In this document: one piece after another, positions 1 through 9,865 of the stretch
How the letters are laid out: each line of letters begins with the position of its first letter
How positions within the stretch are numbered: the first letter of the stretch is position 1
Assembly (NCBI GenBank): GCA_963737255.1
Contig: CAVTSB010000001.1
Coordinates: forward strand, 648,032 to 712,031
Origin: an uncultured Bacteroidales bacterium
GTDB taxonomy: Bacteria > Bacteroidota > Bacteroidia > Bacteroidales > VadinHA17
Direction of reading: 5' to 3'
DNA: 64,000 nucleotides
The notes under the pieces: generated by a model
The model's database searches: none
Told to the model about the DNA's origin: nothing
The model's input: the letters and a program-made list of their open reading frames with translations, nothing else
Made by a program: the position numbers and the translations under genes

Positions 1-275
1 GCTGAAACAACTTCCTGTATTCCTCCTATAGCTACGGAGTAAAAGGGTATCTGGAACGAGGGGATTGCAACACCTATGTTAAAAGTCTTATGTTCCCTGA
101 GACTTTTGGCAATTATGTTCGGTTCAAAGTTAAGTTTTTTAACCAAGGCGAGTACACGACGTTTTGTCTCTGGATTCACATCATAGGAATCACGCAAAGC
201 TCTTGAGACAGTCGATTTAGAAAGATTGAGCTTCTTAGCTATGTCATTAATTGTCAAATGAGTATTTTCTTCCAT
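1..275 (-). CDS. LacI-family transcriptional regulator, N-terminal part (5' partial window edge)
   Basis: Reverse translation from the ATG at 275 gives MEENTHLTINDIAKKLNLSKSTVSRALRDSYDVNPETKRRVLALVKKLNFEPNIIAKSLR, a typical LacI/PurR HTH. It runs off the window edge. Confidence 0.8.
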   Translation of the reverse strand, partial: MEENTHLTINDIAKKLNLSKSTVSRALRDSYDVNPETKRRVLALVKKLNFEPNIIAKSLREHKTFNIGVAIPSFQIPFYSVAIGGIQEVVS

Positions 276-435
276 TCTTTATTTAACTTTTATTAAAATA
301 GATATTTTGTACTTGATTAAAGTCTAATAGTTCTGAAATAATAAATCACCGATATCGTTCCCGGAGGTTTTTTCAAAGATAGATGTTTACTCACATACCT
401 TTACATAAATTAGAACCTTAATTATTTTCACATCC

Positions 436-1404
436 ATGAAGTCAGTAATTAAATTTCTGGTTATTCTTTTTATCTCAGTTTCCTGTAGCTCAGAAAGAAA
501 GAAAATAGCATATATAAACTCATATCATAAAGGTTATCCACCTAGTGATCAAGTTATGCAAGGTATAATAGAAAGACTTCCATCTGATGAGTTTTACCTC
601 AGCATCTACTACATCGATTCAAAGCGAGTTACGTCAGAGGATGATCTTGCAACAAAAATTGATTCGATTCAAAACGAAATATTGGAATTTGAACCTGATG
701 TAATAATTGTATCTGATGATTATGCAGTGAAATACTTAATTAAACCATATTATAATACTAATAATAAGATCCCAGTGGTTTTTTGTGGTATCAACTGGTC
801 GGTCAACCAGTACGATCTCTCTTTTTTAAACACAACCGGAATGCTAGAAGTGTTACCACTTCGGGAATCATTGGTTTTTGTTAACCAATACTTTCCTGGT
901 GAGGTAAAGCTCGCTATACTTTCTGAAAACTCACTTTCTGAAAGAAATAATACTGCCCTTCTTGATACTTTGTATAAAAATCTAGGATTTGAACCTACTT
1001 ATTTTCTAACAGACAAATTCTCCGAATGGAAGGAGATGTTTATTAAAGCCAATGCGGAAGCGGATATAATTTATTTGCCAACTAATGGTTCAATAAAGGG
1101 ATGGGATCAACAGGAAGCCATAACCTTTATTCAGGAATTTATAAAGAAACCAATATTTACATGCGATGATTTTATGATGGATTATTGTGTTTTTGGTTTT
1201 ACAAAAGTTGCAAAAGAACAGGGTGTATGGGCAGCTGAGACTGCTAAACAGATCCTTAACGGTGTACCACCATCAAAGATTCCAGTAACTCAAAACAGAC
1301 TTACCAACACATGGTTTAATTCTGATTTAGCGCTGACTATTAGCTTTAAACCTGACACAATATGGCTTAAAAATTCAAATTTTATAAGGTCTGATTCTAA
1401 TTAA
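436..1404 (+). CDS. Lipoprotein resembling ABC-transporter substrate-binding (PF04392-like) periplasmic binding fold
   Basis: ORF of 322 aa with signal peptide and lipobox (FISVSCSS). The alternating beta-alpha pattern resembles type I periplasmic binding proteins. Family assignment is from memory only. Confidence 0.45.
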   Translation: MKSVIKFLVILFISVSCSSERKKIAYINSYHKGYPPSDQVMQGIIERLPSDEFYLSIYYIDSKRVTSEDDLATKIDSIQNEILEFEPDVIIVSDDYAVKYLIKPYYNTNNKIPVVFCGINWSVNQYDLSFLNTTGMLEVLPLRESLVFVNQYFPGEVKLAILSENSLSERNNTALLDTLYKNLGFEPTYFLTDKFSEWKEMFIKANAEADIIYLPTNGSIKGWDQQEAITFIQEFIKKPIFTCDDFMMDYCVFGFTKVAKEQGVWAAETAKQILNGVPPSKIPVTQNRLTNTWFNSDLALTISFKPDTIWLKNSNFIRSDSN

Positions 1405-1427
1405 AAATAATCTGTTATTTGCTGACT

Positions 1428-2369
1428 ATGAGTAAGATAAAACCAACAAAAATTAAAAACATCGCCATATTGGGTACTGGGAATATGGGACCGGGAATAG
1501 CTCTTGTTTTTGCACGTGCCCATTTTTCAGTAAAAGTATGGGGTCCAACTGAAAGCGATTTAGAGGTGGGTTTAGAAAACTATAATAGAAACATTGGGGA
1601 TATGGTTAGTCAAGGCGTATATGATGAGAAATTAGCCCATAGACTGATCTCTGAGATTAAATTTACCAGGGACCTTAAAAAGGCAGTATATAACGCCCAT
1701 CTTATTGTGGAAGCTATACCAGAAAACCTTGAGCTGAAGCAGGATATATTTGTTAAAGTCGAGAAATTGTGTACACCTCAGGCTATTATTGCTTCTAATA
1801 CGTCTACTTTGTTACCAACCGACTTATCTCAGAAATTAGAACATAAAAATAGATTGCTTGTTGCTCATTTCTGGAATCCTGCTTATCTAGCCCCTCTGGT
1901 TGAGGTATGTGGAAGTAGATTTACATCACCGGAAGTCATCGAAACTACTATGGAAGTTCTCAAGAATATTGGAAGTGAACCTGTCCTTATGCGCAAGGAG
2001 ATACTTGGATTTATCGGCAATAGGATTATGCATGCTATGAATAGGGAAGCCCTTGCTTTAATAAGTAATGGAGTTTGTAATCCCGAAGATATTGATAAAG
2101 TTGTACTATCAAGCTTCGGTCCTCGCTTTGCTAATCTTGGCCCAATGGAATACCTAGATTTCAGCGGGTTGGACCTGATAAAGAGTATCCAGATGTATTT
2201 GTATGCCAACTTAGATACAACAAAAGGGGTATTACCAGTCGTTGGTAGACTTGTTTCAGAAGGTAACATTGGCATTAAAACAGGAAAGGGACTCTTTGAT
2301 TGGACCAAAAAAGAAAACAATATTCGAGAAAACAGGGACAAGGAGTTTATTCGTAGATTAAAGAAATGA
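1428..2369 (+). CDS. 3-hydroxyacyl-CoA dehydrogenase family NAD-dependent dehydrogenase
   Basis: Rossmann motif ILGTGNMGPGIA, HFWNP motif and C-terminal HADH domain. ATG at 1428 is preferred over the TTG at 1419. Confidence 0.75.
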   Translation: MSKIKPTKIKNIAILGTGNMGPGIALVFARAHFSVKVWGPTESDLEVGLENYNRNIGDMVSQGVYDEKLAHRLISEIKFTRDLKKAVYNAHLIVEAIPENLELKQDIFVKVEKLCTPQAIIASNTSTLLPTDLSQKLEHKNRLLVAHFWNPAYLAPLVEVCGSRFTSPEVIETTMEVLKNIGSEPVLMRKEILGFIGNRIMHAMNREALALISNGVCNPEDIDKVVLSSFGPRFANLGPMEYLDFSGLDLIKSIQMYLYANLDTTKGVLPVVGRLVSEGNIGIKTGKGLFDWTKKENNIRENRDKEFIRRLKK

Positions 2370-3376
2370 GTCACCTCACAAAATATAATAGTGCCCAGTA
2401 TAGTCCAGATTCTGATAAAAATAATACTAAAACTATTAAAGTGGAACCATATATATTAATTATACTTCATAAACTGGAAGAATCTTTTGGCTTTTATGAT
2501 GTTCAAAGTTCCCAAAAGATTGATGTAATTAAAACAAGACCATATCCGCATGAAATTTGTCTTGATACAGGCCGTAGTAAAATTTATATTGCAGAAATGG
2601 GTGTCAGGGGTATAGAATCATTGGGCCCAGGAGGTCACACTATATCAGTCTTTGATGTAAGAACCCGACAGCTTGTAAGCCTTATTGATACCGGAAAATA
2701 TGACAGACCTCACGGAATAACAATTGCTGGAGATAGGCTTTATGTTACAAGTGAAAGCACCAAACACCTACTAGTTTTTAACATCATTGATGAAAACCTT
2801 CTCAATGCCATTTACCTAGACCAGAAGTGTGCGCACATGGTAACTACAAGCCCAGATGGGAACAATGCCTATACCGCAAATATCCTTTCAAACACAATTA
2901 CTGCTATTGATACCAACACATTAACAGTTCTTCACCATATTGATGTTCCAGAGAGACCCGAAGGAATGGTCTTTTCTCCTGACGGGAATCTTATTTATTG
3001 TGTTTGTCGTGAAGCAGGATGTGTCGCTATAATTGACAGGAGAACAGCAGAAATGATTGATAGAATTGACACCGGCAAAGGTCCTGTCAGAATAGCCATA
3101 TCTCCAGATGGGAGCACATTATATATCCCCCTCTTCCACTCGGCATCAGTTCAGTTTGCTAACACACATAACCGAAAAGTATTCAATACTCTCAATGTTG
3201 GCCCCCACCCAGCTGGAATATGTATTTCACCTGATGGTAAACTAATTTTTATATCTTGTGAGGAAGAAAACAGGGTTTATATCATTAGTTCTGAAAATGG
3301 AGAAATATTAAATAGGATTGAAACTGGAGCTGGTGCGGATGCAATGGTTTGCTTACATAAATCGGAAACCCATTAA
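2366..3376 (+). CDS. YVTN/YncE-like beta-propeller repeat protein
   Basis: Repeated SPDG..(L/A)Y(V/I) blades (SPDGNNAYTAN, SPDGNLIYCV, SPDGSTLYIP, SPDGKLIFIS). The start overlaps the upstream stop (ATGA). Confidence 0.6.
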   Translation: MSHLTKYNSAQYSPDSDKNNTKTIKVEPYILIILHKLEESFGFYDVQSSQKIDVIKTRPYPHEICLDTGRSKIYIAEMGVRGIESLGPGGHTISVFDVRTRQLVSLIDTGKYDRPHGITIAGDRLYVTSESTKHLLVFNIIDENLLNAIYLDQKCAHMVTTSPDGNNAYTANILSNTITAIDTNTLTVLHHIDVPERPEGMVFSPDGNLIYCVCREAGCVAIIDRRTAEMIDRIDTGKGPVRIAISPDGSTLYIPLFHSASVQFANTHNRKVFNTLNVGPHPAGICISPDGKLIFISCEEENRVYIISSENGEILNRIETGAGADAMVCLHKSETH

Positions 3377-3417
3377 CCAAAACTAGAACTTAATAAGCAG
3401 ATTAAACATAGTAGCAA

Positions 3418-4449
3418 ATGAAAGCACTGGTTCTCGAAGAATATAATAATCTGGTTTACCGGGACTGGCCTGAGCCAAGGATCACACCTGATGAGGTACT
3501 TGTCCGCATAAAGGCAGTAGGAATTTGTGGGAGTGATGTCCATGGAATGGATGGAAGTACAGGACGACGAATCCCCCCTATCGTTATGGGACACGAAGCG
3601 GCGGGGGTGATCACTGAAATTGGCAAAAATGTAAAAAACTGGAAAAAGGGTGATAGAATAACATTTGACTCGACGATATACCATTTAGATGATTGGTATA
3701 CACTGAAAGGATTATATAATTTGAGCGATGATCGAATGGTACTGGGCGTTTCTCCAAAAGATTACAGAAGACATGGAGCTTTCGCAGAGTATGTAAATGT
3801 ACCACAACATATACTGTATAGAATTCCTGAAAACGTATCATTTACCCAGGCTGCAATGGTTGAGCCCGTCGCAGTTGCAGCACACGCTGTTGAACTCTCT
3901 TCCCCAGCCTGGAATGCAAGTGTTGCAGTTATTGGCTCAGGAATGATAGGGCTATCTATAATTCAGGTTCTTCGGTCAAAGGGTTGTGGAAAATTGTTTG
4001 CAGTTGATACAGATCATTTCAAGCTGGATTTAGCTAAAAAACTTGGAGCTGATTTTGCATTTGATCCATCTCAGATAAATGTAAAGGAAGAAATTCGTAA
4101 CCTTACTTCAGAGAGAGGCGCCGACCACGTATTTGAAGCGGTAGGTATCGAGACGACTGTAGATATAGCAATAGAATCGGTGCGAAAGGGAGGTATTGTT
4201 ACTCTTGTAGGAAATCTATTACCGTCTGTTCGAATCCCTTTGCAGACAATTGTCACACGCCAGATCCGCCTTCAGGGGAGCTGTGCAATTTGTGGGGAAT
4301 ACCCGGATGTTCTTGATATGATTGCTCGGAAGGAAATTAATGTGCTTCCGTTCCTCTCAGCTGAAGCACCTTTATCTGAAGGAGCAGAATGGTTTAAAAG
4401 GCTCTACAATAAGGAACCTAACCTAGTAAAAGTAGTGCTTATCCCATAA
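3418..4449 (+). CDS. Zn-dependent alcohol/polyol dehydrogenase (MDR family)
   Basis: GICGSDVH and GHEAAGVITEIG zinc-binding motifs; GSGMIGL NAD-binding motif. Confidence 0.85.
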   Translation: MKALVLEEYNNLVYRDWPEPRITPDEVLVRIKAVGICGSDVHGMDGSTGRRIPPIVMGHEAAGVITEIGKNVKNWKKGDRITFDSTIYHLDDWYTLKGLYNLSDDRMVLGVSPKDYRRHGAFAEYVNVPQHILYRIPENVSFTQAAMVEPVAVAAHAVELSSPAWNASVAVIGSGMIGLSIIQVLRSKGCGKLFAVDTDHFKLDLAKKLGADFAFDPSQINVKEEIRNLTSERGADHVFEAVGIETTVDIAIESVRKGGIVTLVGNLLPSVRIPLQTIVTRQIRLQGSCAICGEYPDVLDMIARKEINVLPFLSAEAPLSEGAEWFKRLYNKEPNLVKVVLIP

Positions 4450-4465
4450 TATCATCTTAAAATAT

Positions 4466-5599
4466 ATGAATGACAGATTAAAAACTGCGATCGTTGGTAT
4501 AGGAAAAGTGACCGACTTGCATGCCAAGGCCCTATTAAATCTCAAGGAATCAAAACTTGTTGCTGTCTGCAGTTCAAGTAGTGAAAAAGCTGCAGCCTTC
4601 GCCCGGAAATATGAAATCAAGGGTTATAATAATGTGTCAGAAATGGTGATCAATGAAAATATTGATGTTGTGACAATATGTACTCCTCATCCATTTCATT
4701 GTGTTCCTGCATTGGAAGCAATGGATGCAGGCGCACATGTTCTTATTGAAAAACCATTTGCCTCATCTCTTGAAGATTGTGATGCTATGTTGTCAGTTTC
4801 AAAAGAGACTAAAAAACAGATAGGGGTTATATGCCAGCGTCGTTGGTATAAACCAGTATTGAGAGTTAAAACCGCGATTGACAGTGGTAAAATAGGTAGA
4901 CCTGTTTTCGCCACTGTTAATATGCTTGGCTGGCGTGATAAGCAATATTATGACAGTGATCCATGGCGTGGGTCATGGATAGGAGAAGGGGGTGGAGTTC
5001 TGGTCAACCAGGCTCCTCACCAGATTGACCTTCTGCAATGGTATATGGGAGAAATTGATGAATTATATGGTATATGTTCAAATCTAAACCACAACTACAT
5101 TGAGGTAGAAGATACTGCAAATGCTATAATAAAATTCAAAAGTGGCGCTATCGGTAATATCATCGTTTCAAATTCCCAGAAACCAGGTATTTACGGGAAA
5201 GTACAAGTTCATGGTGAAAATGGTGCATCTGTTGGTGTGCAGACTGACGGAGGCGCAATGTTTATAGCAGGGATGTCGTCTATACTAGAACCTCCGATTA
5301 ATGATCTGTGGACGGTTCCTGGTGAAGAAAATATGCTTAAAGAAATGGTAAGGGATGATTCTGATTTTTTTCTTTCACTTAAAAATCCGACGGAGTATTA
5401 TCATGAAAGGCAAATTGAAGACTTCCTCAGAGCAATTCTTGAGGAGAAAAAGCCTTTAATTTCCGGAGAGGATGGAAGAGTTACGGTAGAAATTTTTACA
5501 GCCATTTATCGCTCAACCCGCGACAATAAACCAATAAAATGGCCGCTTATGCCAGAAAATGGGAACGATTTTGATGGTAGGTTTTCAAAAATGCTTTAA
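4466..5599 (+). CDS. Gfo/Idh/MocA family oxidoreductase
   Basis: N-terminal Rossmann segment (TAIVGIGKV), EKP motif (HVLIEKPFA) and C-terminal alpha/beta domain. Confidence 0.8.
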   Translation: MNDRLKTAIVGIGKVTDLHAKALLNLKESKLVAVCSSSSEKAAAFARKYEIKGYNNVSEMVINENIDVVTICTPHPFHCVPALEAMDAGAHVLIEKPFASSLEDCDAMLSVSKETKKQIGVICQRRWYKPVLRVKTAIDSGKIGRPVFATVNMLGWRDKQYYDSDPWRGSWIGEGGGVLVNQAPHQIDLLQWYMGEIDELYGICSNLNHNYIEVEDTANAIIKFKSGAIGNIIVSNSQKPGIYGKVQVHGENGASVGVQTDGGAMFIAGMSSILEPPINDLWTVPGEENMLKEMVRDDSDFFLSLKNPTEYYHERQIEDFLRAILEEKKPLISGEDGRVTVEIFTAIYRSTRDNKPIKWPLMPENGNDFDGRFSKML

Positions 5600-5633
5600 A
5601 GAATAAAATAGAACAAGTAAACTTCATCACATC

Positions 5634-7055
5634 ATGCCGTTAATTATAGTTGGGATTGGGATATTACTGCTACTGATCCTAATAGTCAAATTTAAATGGA
5701 ACGCATTTTTTGCATTGCTTACAACATCACTTGTAGTCGGTTTACTTAATGGAATGAATTTGATTGAAGTGCTTGATTCTGTTCTTGCAGGGATAGGAGG
5801 AACACTGGGAAAAATTATTCTTATCTTGTCATTCGGAGCGATGCTCGGAAAACTTATTGAAGAAAGCGGCGCTGCTCATACTATAACTTACAAGTTAATT
5901 GGTTGGATGGGGCTGAAGAATGTTCAGTACGCAGTCCTAATCACTGGTTTCTTGGTTGGGATACCGATGATGTACAATGCTAGCTTTCTTGTCTTGATCC
6001 CTTTAATATACACAATTTCGACCACAACAAAATTACCACTATTATACCTTGGTATTCCACTTTCAGCTTCTCTTTCAATCGCTCATGGATATTTACCACC
6101 ACATCCCGCTCCAACATACGTTTCACTCATTTATGGTGCAAATATTAATTATGTATTATTAATTGGATTAATTCCAGTAATACCCGCTTGCCTGATAGCC
6201 GGAATTATACTGTCAAAATTCTTCAGGAAATTAAAAGTCTCTCCCCCTGAAGAACTTCATCGAGAGCATCAGTTTAAAAAAGAAGAATTACCGGGTTTGG
6301 GTATCAGCATCCTTGCTGCTCTTACGCCGGTATTACTTATGCTTTGTGGAGCAGCCGTTGATATGGTATTAGGGCCAGCTCCACCTAAAAGTGAATTACT
6401 TGCTAACGGTCATGCTAATCTGACAGCCTACTATCAACTATTATTCGAGAATAGGGGATTTAACGATAGTGTATCTCTAATATTTGCCTGGCTGATAACA
6501 GTCATAAAATTTCTTAGTGATGCCAATATTGCCCTAATGATAGCTGTATTTGTAGGGATCATTACACTCGGTCTGAGGAAAGGTAAAAAGATGGATGATG
6601 TTATGAAAAATATGGGCAAAGCGGTAGGTTCGATTGCAATGATAATTTTAATCATTGCTGCGGGAGGAGCTTTCTCCCAGGTGCTTAAAGATAGTCAGGT
6701 AAACGACTTTATACGTACTATTACCAGCGGTATGAATTTTAATCCACTTCTGCTTGCATTTTGTGTAGCTGCACTTTTAAGACTGGCAGTTGGATCAGCT
6801 ACTGTTGCTACAATGACAGCTGCTCCTATTATGCTACCGATTGCCATCCAAACAGGAATGTCTCCTGAACTAATGGTTCTTGCGACTGGATCGGGCAGCT
6901 TAATGTTTTCCCATTTCAACGATATCGGTTTCTGGATGTTCAAAGAGTATTATAACGTAAGTATTAAACAGACCTTCTTAATCTGGACAGTTATGGAGAG
7001 CATAGTGGGCATTATTGGCCTCCTCGCAGCTCTTTTGATGTCATTGATGTTGTGA
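5634..7055 (+). CDS. gntP: GntP-family gluconate/sugar-acid:H+ symporter
   Basis: 473 aa polytopic membrane protein with typical GntP N-terminus (LLLLILIVKFKWNAFFALL) and overall length. Confidence 0.75.
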   Translation: MPLIIVGIGILLLLILIVKFKWNAFFALLTTSLVVGLLNGMNLIEVLDSVLAGIGGTLGKIILILSFGAMLGKLIEESGAAHTITYKLIGWMGLKNVQYAVLITGFLVGIPMMYNASFLVLIPLIYTISTTTKLPLLYLGIPLSASLSIAHGYLPPHPAPTYVSLIYGANINYVLLIGLIPVIPACLIAGIILSKFFRKLKVSPPEELHREHQFKKEELPGLGISILAALTPVLLMLCGAAVDMVLGPAPPKSELLANGHANLTAYYQLLFENRGFNDSVSLIFAWLITVIKFLSDANIALMIAVFVGIITLGLRKGKKMDDVMKNMGKAVGSIAMIILIIAAGGAFSQVLKDSQVNDFIRTITSGMNFNPLLLAFCVAALLRLAVGSATVATMTAAPIMLPIAIQTGMSPELMVLATGSGSLMFSHFNDIGFWMFKEYYNVSIKQTFLIWTVMESIVGIIGLLAALLMSLML

Positions 7056-7351
7056 TAGATATAAATAGGGTAAGGATATATCCATTAACTACTCGAGCAT
7101 TATAAGTTCTGCCCTTGCTTCATATGCTCTTACAATTCACACTTTTTAACACTTATTTTCTACGATAGGAACACATGAACACTATAATAATCACATGATA
7201 GTTATTTAACGTAATAGTAAAAATGAACACAAGGTCATTTTTTTCTTATTTTATATTCTATCTCCTTGTATTTTAATAGTAAGTTCAAAAATAATTAATT
7301 CAATAAATTACTCTCAGTAAAAAAGGAAACTCGTATATCTTTTAATTATAA

Positions 7352-7381
7352 GCAACAAAAAACCCAAGACTATACTTGGGT
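7352..7381 (-). terminator. Rho-independent terminator after tRNA-Ala
   Basis: On the minus strand: ACCCAAG-TATAGT-CTTGGGT followed by TTTTTGTTGCT. Confidence 0.6.
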
Positions 7382-7387
7382 ATTTTG

Positions 7388-7461
7388 TGGAGATTAGGGG
7401 AATCGAACCCCTGACCTTGTGACTGCCAGTCACACGCTCTAGCCAACTGAGCTAAACCCCC
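7388..7461 (-). tRNA. tRNA-Ala (anticodon GGC)
   Basis: Manual cloverleaf: GGGGGTT acceptor with the G3:U70 Ala identity pair, D-arm GCTCAGTTGGCTAGAGC, anticodon arm TGTGA-CTGGCAG-TCACA, T-arm AGGGGTTCGATTCCCCT. Confidence 0.9.
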
Positions 7462-7531
7462 GAAAAACTGCCGCTAAATTAAGAAAAAATTAAAAATAAT
7501 GAAACAATCGAAAAATGCCAATCCTTATTAC

Positions 7532-7562
7532 TTTGCAGTAAACCCTCTAATTTGTACTTTTG
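7532..7562 (+). promoter_or_regulatory. Bacteroidetes-type promoter (-33 TTTG, -7 TACTTTTG) for the TonB gene
   Basis: TTTG at 7532-7535 and TACTTTTG at 7555-7562, 19 nt apart. This matches the TTTG / TAnnTTTG consensus. Confidence 0.45.
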
Positions 7563-7672
7563 CATGATATTTTTAAAACCAGAACTTTGTTCTGTACGTT
7601 ATAGGTTAATCTGAAATGGCATTGTTATTGACTGTGTATTTCGGAACAGCTTATTGAATCTCAGGTGAACAG

Positions 7673-8497
7673 GTGAAAGTTAAAGGAACAGATACAGGAA
7701 TATCCCGCAAGACAGATTACCAGGAATCGAAAGTATCGGATTTTGATGATCTTGTTTTTGAAAACCGTAACAGGGAATATGGTGCTTACCAGTTACGGAA
7801 AAGATATAATTCTGTCCTGCTTACAGGCCTTGTAATAGCTGTGTTCCTTGTTACAATAGCCGTTCTGATCCCGTTTTTGGCCAGGCCAGATTCTGAAAGG
7901 GTGGTTATGGTAGGGGCCGGATTCGGCCCTGTCAGGCTGGAAAACCTGGAACAGCCGGAGGAATTTTATGTTCCTCCTGCTGCCCCGCCTCCCGAGCCTG
8001 CCAAAATTCAGGAAGCCGTGAAATATGTTCCGCCGGTAGTCGTGGATACTCTTCCCCCGGTGGAACTGGCCATCTTGTCGACAGATGAAATTATTTCATC
8101 TCCCGAGGGAGAGATCATGGATTCAAATGAATTGGGATTCGGCGACGGGCTTATTGACGGAATGGGTGAAGGTTCCATGGAAGAGCCGCTTTTTCAGGTT
8201 GAAGTTATGCCTACCTTCAAGGGAGGCGACCTCACCAAATTCCGCGAATGGGTCGGAAAAAGAACAAACTATCCGCAGTCTGCCATTGACAATAGAATAC
8301 GGGGTACAGTCTTCCTGACCTTTATCGTGGAAAAGGATGGCGCGGTAACCAATGTGACTGTTACAAAGGGCGTTCACCCGATCCTCGATGAGGAGGCAAT
8401 AAAGGCAATTTCAGAATCGCCAAAATGGAGTCCGGGCCTGCAACGCGGACAACCAGTGAGAGTCAGATTCCTGATTCCATTGAGTTTTTTGAATTAA
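7673..8497 (+). CDS. tonB: Energy transducer TonB
   Basis: N-terminal anchor, Pro-rich spacer (PPAAPPPEPAK..VPPVVVD) and C-terminal TonB domain (GTVFLTFIVEKDGAVTNVTV). GTG start. Confidence 0.85.
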   Translation: MKVKGTDTGISRKTDYQESKVSDFDDLVFENRNREYGAYQLRKRYNSVLLTGLVIAVFLVTIAVLIPFLARPDSERVVMVGAGFGPVRLENLEQPEEFYVPPAAPPPEPAKIQEAVKYVPPVVVDTLPPVELAILSTDEIISSPEGEIMDSNELGFGDGLIDGMGEGSMEEPLFQVEVMPTFKGGDLTKFREWVGKRTNYPQSAIDNRIRGTVFLTFIVEKDGAVTNVTVTKGVHPILDEEAIKAISESPKWSPGLQRGQPVRVRFLIPLSFLN

Positions 8498-8587
8498 AAT
8501 GATATCAATCAGATGACTAAGTTACCTGTAATTGTAATTAAATGTTATTTTTTACGTTTAACAGCAAATAAATAACTTAATTCTATT

Positions 8588-9760
8588 ATGAAACGACTTA
8601 TCTCATGCCTTTCCATCCTGGTCATCATTCTTTCGGGATGCGGTTCTTCAAAAAAGCAGCTTGAAAGGGGAAATTACGATGCTGCAATCGACAAAGCGGT
8701 AAAACAATTGCGTAAAGATCCCCGCGATACAAAGCAGATAGCAATCCTTGACAGGTCATATAATATTGTAAATGAACAGGATAACGAGAGGATCAGGTTC
8801 CTTAAGCTGGAAGCAAAACCGGCAAACTGGGATGAGATCTATCAGGTAAGCAAAAGAATGAGCGACAGACAGGCTATGGTAAGGTCAGTTACCCCGCTAA
8901 CCCTTAGCGGGAGAACAATTGATTATCCATATGTTGACTATATGCCCGAAATGATAGCTGCAAAACGAAAATCAGCTGATTTCTACTATGCCCATGGTAA
9001 TGAACTGATGAATAACAAACTTAAGGATTCATACAGACAGGCATTCTATGAGTTTGTAAGGGCAAAGGAATACGTGGGTGATTATGAGGGTATAGATAAT
9101 AAAATACAGGATGCCAAATACCTGGGAATGAGCAGGGTACTGATAAGCCTGCAGAACAATTCAATGCTGAAATTTCCTCAGGAGTTTGAAGATGATCTTC
9201 TTGCGATCGATCTGCCAAGGCTGAACAGCGAATGGGTTGAGTACCATACCCAGGATCTGAATACGGAAACTCAATACGACTATTTCGTAAATGTGGTCGT
9301 CAGGAATATTGCAGTAAGCCCGGATGAGACGCTGCAACAGGATACCGTGGTCAAAAAGGATGTCCAGGACGGTTTTAATTATCAGCTCGACAAGAAGGGC
9401 AACGTTATGAAGGATTCGCTTGGGAACGACATCAAAACTATAAAATACAAGTCACTCCAGTGTGCACTGATTGAAACAATTCAGTCGAAAGCATGCCGTA
9501 TCGACGGAGATATCACTGTAGTACAGGCAAATCCTGAAAAAGTGCTTAAAAAAGATCCCCTTGGAGCGGAATCGAATTTCGAAAACAGGTCGGCGCGCGC
9601 GCTCGGAGATATCCAGGCATTAAGCCCTGCACAACTTGAAAAAACCAAGTTAAAGCCGGTGCCGTTTCCCGATGATATTGAGATGGTGCTGCGTTGTACG
9701 GATGCGCTAAAGCAGGCTATTAACGGGGCAATCCTGAGCAACAGAAGGTTCATTATTTAA
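8588..9760 (+). CDS. Hypothetical lipoprotein
   Basis: 390 aa ORF with lipobox LSGCGSS. No motif that I recognise. Confidence 0.5.
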   Translation: MKRLISCLSILVIILSGCGSSKKQLERGNYDAAIDKAVKQLRKDPRDTKQIAILDRSYNIVNEQDNERIRFLKLEAKPANWDEIYQVSKRMSDRQAMVRSVTPLTLSGRTIDYPYVDYMPEMIAAKRKSADFYYAHGNELMNNKLKDSYRQAFYEFVRAKEYVGDYEGIDNKIQDAKYLGMSRVLISLQNNSMLKFPQEFEDDLLAIDLPRLNSEWVEYHTQDLNTETQYDYFVNVVVRNIAVSPDETLQQDTVVKKDVQDGFNYQLDKKGNVMKDSLGNDIKTIKYKSLQCALIETIQSKACRIDGDITVVQANPEKVLKKDPLGAESNFENRSARALGDIQALSPAQLEKTKLKPVPFPDDIEMVLRCTDALKQAINGAILSNRRFII

Positions 9761-9787
9761 ACTGGATCAGCGGATACAATAAAGGAA

Positions 9788-9822
9788 AGTTGCAAGTTGC
9801 AAGTTGCATGTTGCATGTTGCC
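9788..9822. repeat. Heptanucleotide tandem array (3x AGTTGCA, then TGTTGCA, TGTTGCC)
   Basis: Direct reading of five contiguous 7-nt units, 44 nt upstream of the hflX start. Confidence 0.9.
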
Positions 9823-9865
9823 AAAATGACAGAGATCCGGTCCCGGTGAGAAAGGAAATAGTCAA

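Noticed and set aside
1883-2374. Antisense or overlapping ORFs in the six-frame track, for example 1883-2374(-), 10271-10648(-), 11249-11626(+), 24527-25039(+), 34877-35497(-), 44044-44586(+), 49754-50329(-), 54040-54621(-), 55104-55673(-) and 60956-61744(+).
   Set aside because: Each lies entirely within, and antisense or out of frame to, a gene with strong family signatures. Their translations are low-complexity or Ser/Pro/Arg-rich, with no recognisable motifs. They are treated as shadow ORFs.
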